DNA from: Elusimicrobiota bacterium
Lineage (GTDB): Bacteria > Elusimicrobiota > Elusimicrobia > JACQPE01
Direction of reading: 5' to 3'
DNA: 64,000 nucleotides
Assembly: GCA_042563375.1 (NCBI GenBank)
Contig: JBHPMF010000002.1
Coordinates: 75,842 to 139,841, forward strand
Positions 6,797 to 14,770 of the stretch are shown here, piece by piece (position 1 is the first letter of the stretch; every line of letters begins with the position of its first letter). Both the position numbers and the translations under genes were made by a program. A model generated the notes under the pieces. It was not told the DNA's origin and did no database searches. It saw only the letters and a list, made by a program, of their open reading frames with translations.

Positions 6797-8423
6797 ACGA
6801 AACATCCTGATCTTTTTCCTTCTTATTTCTCTGAGCACCATATCCATCGCCAAAGTAAAAGAATACCTGGCAAACAACCGGGCCGGAGTCATCACAATAA
6901 ACGCTGCAGAGCAGTTCGGACCTCTTGAAAGACCGCCTGTCACATTTCTCCATGGCAAACATGTCAGCGAACTGGCAAAACAGAACAAGGATTGCAATGT
7001 CTGCCATTTAACGGACAGCGCCAATAACGAATACCGCTCGCTTAAATTCCTGCGCAACAAAGAAACAGGCAAACAAGAAATCATGGACCTCTACCACGCC
7101 AAATGTGTAGAGTGCCATAAGGAAAGATCGGATCAAGGACTTGAAGCAGGCCCCGCCACGACCAATGAGTGCGGCATATGCCACATACGCGAGCCTAAAG
7201 TCTCCGCGCTAAGACAGGATGTGGAACTGGATAAATCCCTGCACTACCGCCATGTCAAAGCGCATAAGGATAAATGCGATAAGTGCCATCATGAATATAA
7301 TGAGAAAAATAAAAAGATCTATTACGCCAAAGGCCAAGAACGCTCCTGCCGCGACTGCCATATAGAGGAGGACTCCCTATCTTCGCCTCGCCCCTTAAGC
7401 GAAGCTTCTTCTCTTTCCTCTCTCCCTTTGAGGGAGAGGGCTAGGGTGAGGGGTATCAAGAACTCCGAGATTTCCTCCATGCGCACAGCCTCCCACAAAC
7501 AATGCATATCCTGTCATAAAATCAATGCCTCAAAGAACAAAGACACAGGCCCCGTATCATGCGAAGGGTGTCACGACAGGAGCAAACAGCTTGCTTATAA
7601 AAAGATAAAGCGCGTACCACGGATTAAGCGCAACCAACCTGACATAGCGTTGGTATGCCCCATAGATTTAAAGAAAGGCAGAATGAAAACAGTACCCTTC
7701 AATCACAAAGTGCACGAACAAGCTAATGACACCTGCCGCGCATGCCATCACGAGAGTCTTAAGGCATGCAAAGATTGCCACACGGTCTTCGGAGATGACA
7801 AGGCGGAAGGCACGACCTTGGCCATGTCAATGCATGATATGGCGTCAAAACACAGCTGCGTAGGATGCCACAACAGCGAAAAGGTCAAGACGGATTGCGC
7901 GGGATGCCACAAGAACATGAAACAGGGCGGACTAAGCGATAAGAACTGCCAAACCTGCCACAGAGGCCCCATGCCAAAAACCGTTAAATCAAAGGGTAAG
8001 ATGTCAGCGCATTATCTGAAGATGCTTGCTAAAAGAAATTATTCAAAACTTTCCTGGAACAATACTGAAATTGAGAAAACTATAAAGATCAGCCAACTAA
8101 GTGAAAAATACGAACCAGCTATTTTCCCCCATCGCAAGATCATTGATCATCTGAGAAAAAAGATCAAGAAAAGCAACCTTGCCAAGACATTTCACGAAAA
8201 CGAGAACGCCATGTGCCTGGGCTGCCATCATAACAATCCCGCAGATGCCAAGCCAGCCAAATGCAGTCATTGTCACGGCAAACCATTTGACAGCAGGAAT
8301 CTTGATATCAGCATGCCGGGCTTAAAAGGCGCCTACCACCTCCAATGCATGGGCTGTCATACCAACATGGGATTAGAAAAACACAACGACTGCACGACCT
8401 GCCACAAAGAAAAGAAGAAATAG
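6783..8423 (+). CDS. hmcA: 16-heme periplasmic cytochrome c, HmcA-like high-molecular-weight cytochrome
   Basis: 546 aa with a signal peptide (ILIFFLLISLSTISIA). I counted 16 CxxCH motifs, from CNVCH and CVECH through CMGCH and CTTCH. Carries a 23-codon repeat-derived insert at 7386-7454. Confidence 0.9.
   Translation: MKKIKRNILIFFLLISLSTISIAKVKEYLANNRAGVITINAAEQFGPLERPPVTFLHGKHVSELAKQNKDCNVCHLTDSANNEYRSLKFLRNKETGKQEIMDLYHAKCVECHKERSDQGLEAGPATTNECGICHIREPKVSALRQDVELDKSLHYRHVKAHKDKCDKCHHEYNEKNKKIYYAKGQERSCRDCHIEEDSLSSPRPLSEASSLSSLPLRERARVRGIKNSEISSMRTASHKQCISCHKINASKNKDTGPVSCEGCHDRSKQLAYKKIKRVPRIKRNQPDIALVCPIDLKKGRMKTVPFNHKVHEQANDTCRACHHESLKACKDCHTVFGDDKAEGTTLAMSMHDMASKHSCVGCHNSEKVKTDCAGCHKNMKQGGLSDKNCQTCHRGPMPKTVKSKGKMSAHYLKMLAKRNYSKLSWNNTEIEKTIKISQLSEKYEPAIFPHRKIIDHLRKKIKKSNLAKTFHENENAMCLGCHHNNPADAKPAKCSHCHGKPFDSRNLDISMPGLKGAYHLQCMGCHTNMGLEKHNDCTTCHKEKKK
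7386..7454. repeat. Family A repeat copy inserted in frame inside the 16-heme cytochrome gene
   Basis: 69 bp: cctcgccccttaagcgaagcttcttctctttcctctctccctttgagggagagggctagggtgaggggt. Encodes PRPLSEASSLSSLPLRERARVRG between heme motifs 5 (CRDCH) and 6 (CISCH). Confidence 0.8.
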
Positions 8424-8527
8424 GCGCTATCCGCTAAACCGGCAAACAAAACCCTCTCTGTCATTGCGAGGCAATCTCAGGCGCACGAATAGCCAAAAAG
8501 GAAGGCAGGGTTAATTCAGGGTTATTC

Positions 8528-8914
8528 TTACCCGATAAGTCCTTTCACCATCTTGATAAGCTCATCCTTATCAATGGGCTTGGGCACGAAACCTTCGGGA
8601 GCCTTATAATGCTTTCTGGAATTGAGGAAATTTTTGAATTCATCCGGGCTTGTAGAACCCGTGATAGCTGTGACCACAACTATTGGGATATTCTTAAGCT
8701 TCTCGTCATCCCTCATCTCTCTGAATACCTTGATGCCGGACTTGCCCGGCATTGTTATATCAAGCGACACCAAGTCAGGAGATTTCTCACGCACAGATTT
8801 CATTGCCTCATCGGCTGTGAGCGCCAAAATCGTTTCATATCCGTTATCTTTTAATAGGGTGTCCAAATATGTGACAACATCCTGCTCATCATCAACTATT
8901 AATATCTTTTTCAT
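8528..8914 (-). CDS. Stand-alone response-regulator receiver (CheY-like)
   Basis: 128 aa. KILIVDDE, phospho-acceptor context DLVSLDITMPG, and conserved T/K later in the sequence. Confidence 0.85.
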   Translation of the reverse strand: MKKILIVDDEQDVVTYLDTLLKDNGYETILALTADEAMKSVREKSPDLVSLDITMPGKSGIKVFREMRDDEKLKNIPIVVVTAITGSTSPDEFKNFLNSRKHYKAPEGFVPKPIDKDELIKMVKGLIG

Positions 8915-8919
8915 GTGAT

Positions 8920-9444
8920 TTACTCCTTCTCTTTTCCGAATATATCCAAAGCCTTTTTAAGCTTGGTTTTGTCTGCCGACCTCATCTCATCCTGTAGCTT
9001 AGCCATCAGGGAATATCTCTCATCCGTCGCGCTCTCAAGTGCGGCAAGCCCAACAGCTTTGCGGATAGCATCCACATAGAGCGAGGGTTTTACCGGCTTT
9101 TCAACAAAGTCGATATACCCTCCTTTCGATTCCTTCTTTATCTTATCAAGATCGCCTTTTCCGAACTCATCTTTACCGTGCGCGGAAACAACCACAAAGG
9201 GAATATCCGCCCTATCCTTGTTCTTTTTTATGTATCTGAAAAATTTTAGGCCCGACATCTTCGGCATCACAAGGTCAAGAGAGATGGCGTCAGGTTTCTG
9301 CTGAGTCACCTTGTTCAAAGCCTGGTTCCCGTTCCCTGCCACAGCCACGCCAAAACCCGCGTTCTCAAGGATCGTTTGAAGGTACAGCTGGATATCAGGT
9401 TCATCATCCACTATCAATATTGTCTTTCCCTTGGTATCTTCCAT
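8920..9444 (-). CDS. Response-regulator receiver protein with a ~50-aa C-terminal extension
   Basis: 174 aa. TILIVDDEPD, DAISLDLVMPKMSG. No recognisable DNA-binding domain. Confidence 0.8.
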   Translation of the reverse strand: MEDTKGKTILIVDDEPDIQLYLQTILENAGFGVAVAGNGNQALNKVTQQKPDAISLDLVMPKMSGLKFFRYIKKNKDRADIPFVVVSAHGKDEFGKGDLDKIKKESKGGYIDFVEKPVKPSLYVDAIRKAVGLAALESATDERYSLMAKLQDEMRSADKTKLKKALDIFGKEKE

Positions 9445-9507
9445 TTTCCCACCTCTCTAACTGAATGTCTACGTATTTTATTCTTTATTCGTACTTTATT
9501 CGCGTGT

Positions 9508-11001
9508 TCATTCGTGCTTAATTCGTGTATCAGATATTTTGGACATCTCCAAAAGACGATTTTTCGGAAATTCGAGTTTGAACGCGGAACCCTTTCCCAC
9601 AGATGACTCCACGTTGATCGCTCCCCCATGCTGGTTCACGATCTTTCTTGCCTGCAATAAACCGATCCCGGTACCTTGACCGGAACCCTTTGTAGTGAAA
9701 AAGCTTGTGAATACCTTCTTCTTTATCTCATAATCCATTCCACATCCATTATCCCGCACTTCATAATAGACGCTTCCGTCTTTCTCGTAACAAGACAACG
9801 TGACTCTCAGGTCCTTATTATCGCTTACAAGACAGGCATCTATCGCGTTTGAGACTAGGTTGGCAAGACATGTGTGGATCCCCTTGGGATCCATCTGAAC
9901 ATTCTCCATGAAGTTGGAATAATCGCAGACAAGTTCCACCCCTGAGCTTTTTGCGCCAAGCTTGAATAGCGCTGCCACCTCTTTTGCGATAGCAGCAGGA
10001 TCTACCATCCTGGTATTAAGCCCCGTGCCCCTCGCGAAATTCAGGAATTCCTTAATAAAAGCTGAAACCTTGGAGATATTATTCTCAAGCATCCCCCAGC
10101 CTTTTTTCACCAGCTCTCTATCCTCGTTTTTAAAACCGGAATTGACCACATACATCCCGCCCTCAAGCCCCATGATCACATTCTTGATCCCGTGGGCAAG
10201 CCCGGCCACGGTCTGCCCCACAGCAGCCAAGCGGGCATTCTCGATGCGCGCTTTCTCGCTCTTTTTCAGCCGCTCCTTCAAATTAAGCAGCTCCGACACA
10301 TCAAGAGCAATCTCAATAACCCTGTCCCTTCTGCCCTTTGCCGTATCAAGCGGAGCCGCGGTGACCACATAATGGGACTTGTTCCCCTTTTTGTCGATCC
10401 CTGCCTGCAAAGACCTATGCGCTTTGCCTGTTTTAAAGGTCTCTTTAGCGGGACAGTCCAAACAAGGCTTATTGCTTCGCTTATACATCTGATGACAATA
10501 CTTAGCGCCCCTTTTCCCGAATTTCTCATAGAAAAGCTTGTTCGCCTCGATCACTTGCAGCTTTCGATTGATAACCGATATGTAACACGGGGCATTGTCA
10601 AAAATAAGCCGCAATTCTTTCTCAATATTGACCCGATCCGTGATATCCGTGGCCATCTCCACAATATAGGGGATCTTGCCGCGGCTATCCTTAAATGGAA
10701 AGAAATGGTTCACATAATGTCTGATGTTGCCCCTTCTGTCCTCCCCGCTTTCTTCGGATACACGAGTTTTCCCGTCTTTAAAAGTCTTCGTCGCGGGACA
10801 AGCCTGGCAATGATGCCGCTTCCCCTTGTATACTTCGTAGCATTTCCTGTTTCTCCAGCTTCCATAAGTCTTGGTGAATTCCTTATTCGCCTCAACGACA
10901 TTATATTTCCTGTCGACCACAGCGATACCCAGCGGAGCCTGGCCGAATAATTTCTCATGCAACCTGTCATACAGTATTTTCTTGATCGCTGTCTTTTTCA
11001 T
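9508..11001 (-). CDS. Sensor histidine kinase with two Cys-motif PAS domains
   Basis: 497 aa. H-box LAHGIKN, N-box LVSNAIDA, G-boxes RDNGCGM and GTGIGL. The two PAS-like modules carry CYEVYKGKRHHCQACPA and CHQMYKRSNKPCLDCPA. ATGA overlap with the upstream receiver gene. Confidence 0.85.
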   Translation of the reverse strand: MKKTAIKKILYDRLHEKLFGQAPLGIAVVDRKYNVVEANKEFTKTYGSWRNRKCYEVYKGKRHHCQACPATKTFKDGKTRVSEESGEDRRGNIRHYVNHFFPFKDSRGKIPYIVEMATDITDRVNIEKELRLIFDNAPCYISVINRKLQVIEANKLFYEKFGKRGAKYCHQMYKRSNKPCLDCPAKETFKTGKAHRSLQAGIDKKGNKSHYVVTAAPLDTAKGRRDRVIEIALDVSELLNLKERLKKSEKARIENARLAAVGQTVAGLAHGIKNVIMGLEGGMYVVNSGFKNEDRELVKKGWGMLENNISKVSAFIKEFLNFARGTGLNTRMVDPAAIAKEVAALFKLGAKSSGVELVCDYSNFMENVQMDPKGIHTCLANLVSNAIDACLVSDNKDLRVTLSCYEKDGSVYYEVRDNGCGMDYEIKKKVFTSFFTTKGSGQGTGIGLLQARKIVNQHGGAINVESSVGKGSAFKLEFPKNRLLEMSKISDTRIKHE

Positions 11002-11405
11002 TTATTTTTATTGGTTTCCAGCAGTTTCTCGATGAACTTTAAGAATTTTGCGACATCGAGAGGCTTGTCAAAAAAAGCCTCCGGCTTCGGGACTTCCTTT
11101 TCCGGAAAAAGCTTGCGGAACTTCGGACTTTTAACCCCATAAGCGCTCCCAATAGCGCTCAGGATCACCACGGGGATGTTCTTCAGGCTTTTATCTTTCT
11201 TGAGATCCCTATACATGGACATTCCTGACCGCCGCGGCATCATGATATCCAGGCATATAAGATCAGGTACGCATTTTTTGGCCTGTTCTAATCCCCCCAT
11301 CGCATCACTCGCCGATACAACTTCGTATCCGTTGTTGCCGAGTATGGTCTCGAGATAGAATATTATATCCGGCTCATCATCGATAATAAGTATCTTTTTC
11401 CCCAT
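10998..11405 (-). CDS. Stand-alone response-regulator receiver (CheY-like)
   Basis: 135 aa. KILIIDDEPD, DLICLDIMMPRRSG. Confidence 0.85.
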   Translation of the reverse strand: MGKKILIIDDEPDIIFYLETILGNNGYEVVSASDAMGGLEQAKKCVPDLICLDIMMPRRSGMSMYRDLKKDKSLKNIPVVILSAIGSAYGVKSPKFRKLFPEKEVPKPEAFFDKPLDVAKFLKFIEKLLETNKNK

Positions 11406-11525
11406 AAAAATCAGTTAAGGCTTCCTGCGCGTAGCCGACCGAGCTTGCATTGAAGCGATAAAGTCATTTATAATACTTTCGCCCGACCAAATCAACACAT
11501 GGTGCAGTTTAATAGGCTACTTAGC

Positions 11526-11570
11526 TTGACTATCCAGTATAGCTTATCTATACTGGATAGTGTAGAGTTT
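11526..11570 (+). promoter_or_regulatory. Putative promoter plus palindromic operator of the merR-like / cyt-b / HdrD-like operon
   Basis: TTGACT (11526-11531), 17 bp, TATACT (11549-11554). Perfect 13-bp inverted repeat CTATCCAGTATAG (11530-11542) / CTATACTGGATAG (11548-11560). GTAGAGTTT at 11562-11570; ATG at 11576. Confidence 0.5.
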
Positions 11571-11575
11571 GAATA

Positions 11576-12079
11576 ATGGCAGGACTAACAAAAGCGCTTA
11601 CTGATCCGGTAATAACAATAGGTACAATGGCCGAGAGAACGAGCCTGTCCGTATCGGCCATAAGGAAATATGAGGCGGAGGGCCTTCTTATCCCCCACCG
11701 AACGCCCTCGGGTTACCGCTATTTCTCATACGAAGATTTTGAGCGCGTAAAGATCATACGCCATATGATCCAGGATCTCGGCCTCAACATGGAAGGCATA
11801 AGAAGACTCCATGCGCTCCTGCCATGTTGGGAGCTGGCCGGATGCTCAAGCAGCAAACGCAAACGCTGCCCCGCGTATCACCGGGACAATTCCAAACCGT
11901 GTTGGATATCACAGGGCGGAAACTGCAGTCCGACAGCCAATGAATGCCGGCACTGTGTAGTGTACAGATTTGGATCTCAATGTACGGAGGATATTAAGCG
12001 CCTCGTTTATACCCGTTCAGGGCAAAAAGACCTTAACAGGGAAGTGCGCAAGATTTTAAATGACAAACGCAAACAATAG
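11576..12079 (+). CDS. MerR-family transcriptional regulator with an 8-Cys C-terminal sensor domain (two CW motifs)
   Basis: 167 aa. N-terminal MerR HTH (ITIGTMAERTSLSVSAIRKYEAEGLL..SGYRYF). C-terminal CWELAGCSSSKRKRCPAY...CWISQGGNCSPTANECRHCVVY..C. Confidence 0.8.
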   Translation: MAGLTKALTDPVITIGTMAERTSLSVSAIRKYEAEGLLIPHRTPSGYRYFSYEDFERVKIIRHMIQDLGLNMEGIRRLHALLPCWELAGCSSSKRKRCPAYHRDNSKPCWISQGGNCSPTANECRHCVVYRFGSQCTEDIKRLVYTRSGQKDLNREVRKILNDKRKQ

Positions 12080-12088
12080 GAGGATCCG

Positions 12089-13012
12089 ATGTTGATGATA
12101 CTGAGCTATATAGCAGTACTTGTATTCATAATTGGAGTGATTTATAGAGGTTTAAAGATCAAATCAATGCCCATGCATCTTCGCTGGGAATTGGCTCCTG
12201 TGCCCCATGAAAAAGGCAAAGCGCATTACGGAGGGTCTTACCTGGAAGAATTCGAATGGTGGACCAAAAAAAGGGAAAAGTCCCTTATCAATGAAGCGGT
12301 TTATATGTTCAAGGAGATCGTGTTTCTTAAAGGCGTGTGGGAACATAACCGCTCCTTATGGATATTCTCATTCCCGTTTCATTTTGGGCTATACATGCTC
12401 GCAGGCATGGCAGGATTCATGGTTCTCGGTCATTTAAGCCTTCTGGCGCTCGGCGTGCCTGCCGCGATAATGATCTTCGGGATCGCGCACAGCATGGGCG
12501 CGCTAGGATATGTAATGGGAACTATGGGAACCCTGGGCCTACTGGCAAAACGCATGTTCGACCCGAAACTTAAACCATTTACCAGCTTGTCAAGCTATTT
12601 CAACCTTATAGTGCTTGGGGCCATGTTTGCAAGCGGTTTAACAGCCTTGATATTCAACTTCTCTTTCCTTGATGAGCTCGCCATGTTCGCCAAGGCTTTT
12701 TTCACGGCTAACGCAAGCGTCGCGATCAGCGCTTCAACATCAGCGCACATCTTTTTCGCGATGCTTTTTCTTATCTACCTTCCATTCACATACATGATGC
12801 ATTTCGTGGCTAAATATTTCATGTATCACGAGATACGCTGGAATGACGAGCCCATGGGCGATAATCCGGCGATGCAGGAGGAAGTCAAAATCCTGTTGTC
12901 GCAAACCGTCACATGGTCTGCCCCGCACCTGGGCGCCAACAAAGGCCAGAAAAAGAACTGGGTGGATATCGCGACATCTGAAATGCCCAAGAAGGAGGAT
13001 AAAAATGCCTAA
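12089..13012 (+). CDS. Integral membrane cytochrome-b-like subunit (NarI/HdrE/DsrM-like)
   Basis: 307 aa. TAGGAGGA RBS. N-terminal helix followed by HLRWELAPVPHEKG, then several TM helices with His residues. Its 3' end overlaps the next gene by 8 nt. Confidence 0.6.
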   Translation: MLMILSYIAVLVFIIGVIYRGLKIKSMPMHLRWELAPVPHEKGKAHYGGSYLEEFEWWTKKREKSLINEAVYMFKEIVFLKGVWEHNRSLWIFSFPFHFGLYMLAGMAGFMVLGHLSLLALGVPAAIMIFGIAHSMGALGYVMGTMGTLGLLAKRMFDPKLKPFTSLSSYFNLIVLGAMFASGLTALIFNFSFLDELAMFAKAFFTANASVAISASTSAHIFFAMLFLIYLPFTYMMHFVAKYFMYHEIRWNDEPMGDNPAMQEEVKILLSQTVTWSAPHLGANKGQKKNWVDIATSEMPKKEDKNA

Positions 13013-14609
13013 GAAATTAAAGATCGAAGATTTTGGAAAACACGAAAACGAACAACTAACAAGCGTTGATATAAAAGAGCTGGTTCCCCTTCCCCCTCCA
13101 TACGACAAGATCGATGATCAGCCGAAATGGAAGGAAATAAAACCTGAAAACAAAGAAGAGATGGTCTGTAATCTCGACGGAGTCGTGGCATGCAGCCTTC
13201 CCAAGCCAAAGGATAAGAAAGAAGAAAAGGAATATGTGGATAAATTCGTAGCAGGCCTGCAGAAGCTCCTTACCAAGGAAAACAACTGGACCTTCTTACA
13301 GCCTTTGACAATGTCCCTTGAATACTGCGCAAAATGCCAGACATGCAATGACGCATGCCCCGCGTATGAGATGAGCGGCAATAACGACCTATACAGGCCC
13401 ACTTATCGCTCTGAAGTATGGAGACGTCTTGTCAATAAATATGTAAAAGATGGTCCGCAGTGGCTCGCGAAATTCAAGCATGGAGATATTGATCTTAACT
13501 GGACCACGATAACAAGACTTTATGAGCTTTCTTATCGCTGCACATTATGCCGCCGTTGCGCTCAAGCCTGCCCAATGGGAGTTGATAACGGGCTTATTAC
13601 ACATGAACTCAGAAAACTCTTCAGCCAGGAGCTCGGCTGGGCCCCAAAAGAACTGCATGAAAAAGGCACTGTACAGCAGCTTGAAGTAGGTTCATCCACA
13701 GGAATGAGCCCTCTGGTTGTAAAAGATAATATTGAATTCATCGAAGAAGACTTTGCGGAAGAAACCGGGTTTGACACCAAGATTCCGTGGAACAAGGAGA
13801 ACGCTGATGTACTGCTCATTCATAACGCGGGCGAGATCCTTGCATGGCCTGAGAATGTGGCGGCATTCGCAATCATCTTCAACGCAGCCGGCATCAGCTG
13901 GACGCTTTCATCGGATTCCCCTTCGTATGACGGAGTCAATTATGGACTGTTCTACGATGACATGCAGCTTGCCAGGATCGCTTTAAAACACGCCGGAACA
14001 GCCAAGAAGCTCAAGTCCAATAAGATGGTCATGGGCGAATGCGGACACCAGCACAAGGCAACTATCACCATAGCTGACCGCGTATTAGTGGGCGACATGA
14101 ATGTGAAGCGCGAAAGCTGTTTACCGCTTCTGGAGAAGATCGTATTCAGCGGAAAATTAAAACTTGACCCAAAGCAAAACGACTTTCCTGTGACCCTTCA
14201 TGATCCCTGCAATATCACCCGCAACCTAGGCATCATCGAACCTCAGCGCAGAATACTTCGCTACATCTGCCCGCAATTCAGGGAGATGACGCCCCACGGA
14301 GCGGACAACTACTGCTGCGGCGGAGGTTCAGGATTCGCTGTGATGAGCCCCAACAACTTCGCGGATTGGCGGATCTCGGTTGGAGGCAGGAAAAAATTCA
14401 AACAGGTCATTGATGCTTTCGCTGATAAGCCAGGGCCTGAGACCAAGAAATACCTCTGCGCCCCATGCTCAAACTGCAAAGGCCAGCTGCGCGACCTGCT
14501 CGACTACTACAAAGCCATGGAGAAATCCAGTATAGCCTACGGCGGATTAGTGGAACTCATAGTCAACGCCATGGTCGGCATTAAAAAACCTTTTGTTAAG
14601 TGGGAATGA
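13005..14609 (+). CDS. Fe-S / CCG-domain protein, HdrD/DsrK-like (second copy)
   Basis: ORF track starts at 12843. I prefer ATG 13005 (MPKKLKIEDF...) with GAAGGAGGA 5 nt upstream. Motifs CAKCQTCNDACP, CTLCRRCAQACP, DPCNITRN, NYCCGGGSG, PCSNCKGQL. Confidence 0.85.
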   Translation: MPKKLKIEDFGKHENEQLTSVDIKELVPLPPPYDKIDDQPKWKEIKPENKEEMVCNLDGVVACSLPKPKDKKEEKEYVDKFVAGLQKLLTKENNWTFLQPLTMSLEYCAKCQTCNDACPAYEMSGNNDLYRPTYRSEVWRRLVNKYVKDGPQWLAKFKHGDIDLNWTTITRLYELSYRCTLCRRCAQACPMGVDNGLITHELRKLFSQELGWAPKELHEKGTVQQLEVGSSTGMSPLVVKDNIEFIEEDFAEETGFDTKIPWNKENADVLLIHNAGEILAWPENVAAFAIIFNAAGISWTLSSDSPSYDGVNYGLFYDDMQLARIALKHAGTAKKLKSNKMVMGECGHQHKATITIADRVLVGDMNVKRESCLPLLEKIVFSGKLKLDPKQNDFPVTLHDPCNITRNLGIIEPQRRILRYICPQFREMTPHGADNYCCGGGSGFAVMSPNNFADWRISVGGRKKFKQVIDAFADKPGPETKKYLCAPCSNCKGQLRDLLDYYKAMEKSSIAYGGLVELIVNAMVGIKKPFVKWE

Positions 14610-14729
14610 TATAAGGCAACCGCGCCCTTTATGGGTGCACCTTTAATAAAAACTCCATTTAAAAGAAACACGGGCTTCCAAGCTTATAGAGATGCCAGTC
14701 CCCGTAGACAGTCCCGCGCTACGAAAACA

Positions 14730-14768
14730 GCTTGACCGATAACTTGACTTATACTTGACTTATTATCG
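14730..14768. repeat. Left 39-bp direct repeat bracketing the fic gene
   Basis: gcttgaccgataacttgacttatacttgacttattatcg. Matches 15796-15834 at 37/39 positions. Contains three CTTGAC(T) words. Confidence 0.85.
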
Positions 14769-14770
14769 TT

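Noticed and set aside
2164-8423. Calling the locus dsrMKJOP
   Set aside because: There is no triheme DsrJ. Instead there is a 16-heme cytochrome and a tiny TM peptide, which fits Hmc composition better. I kept it as Hmc-type with a Dsr-like order.
10192-10950. 252-aa plus-strand ORF (and 9962..10372)
   Set aside because: It is antisense to the histidine kinase, which has clear H/N/G boxes. It has no motif and a skewed composition.
12843-13004. 54-codon N-terminal extension of the second HdrD-like ORF
   Set aside because: It is Arg/Cys/Lys-rich nonsense overlapping the upstream membrane gene. A strong RBS precedes ATG 13005.
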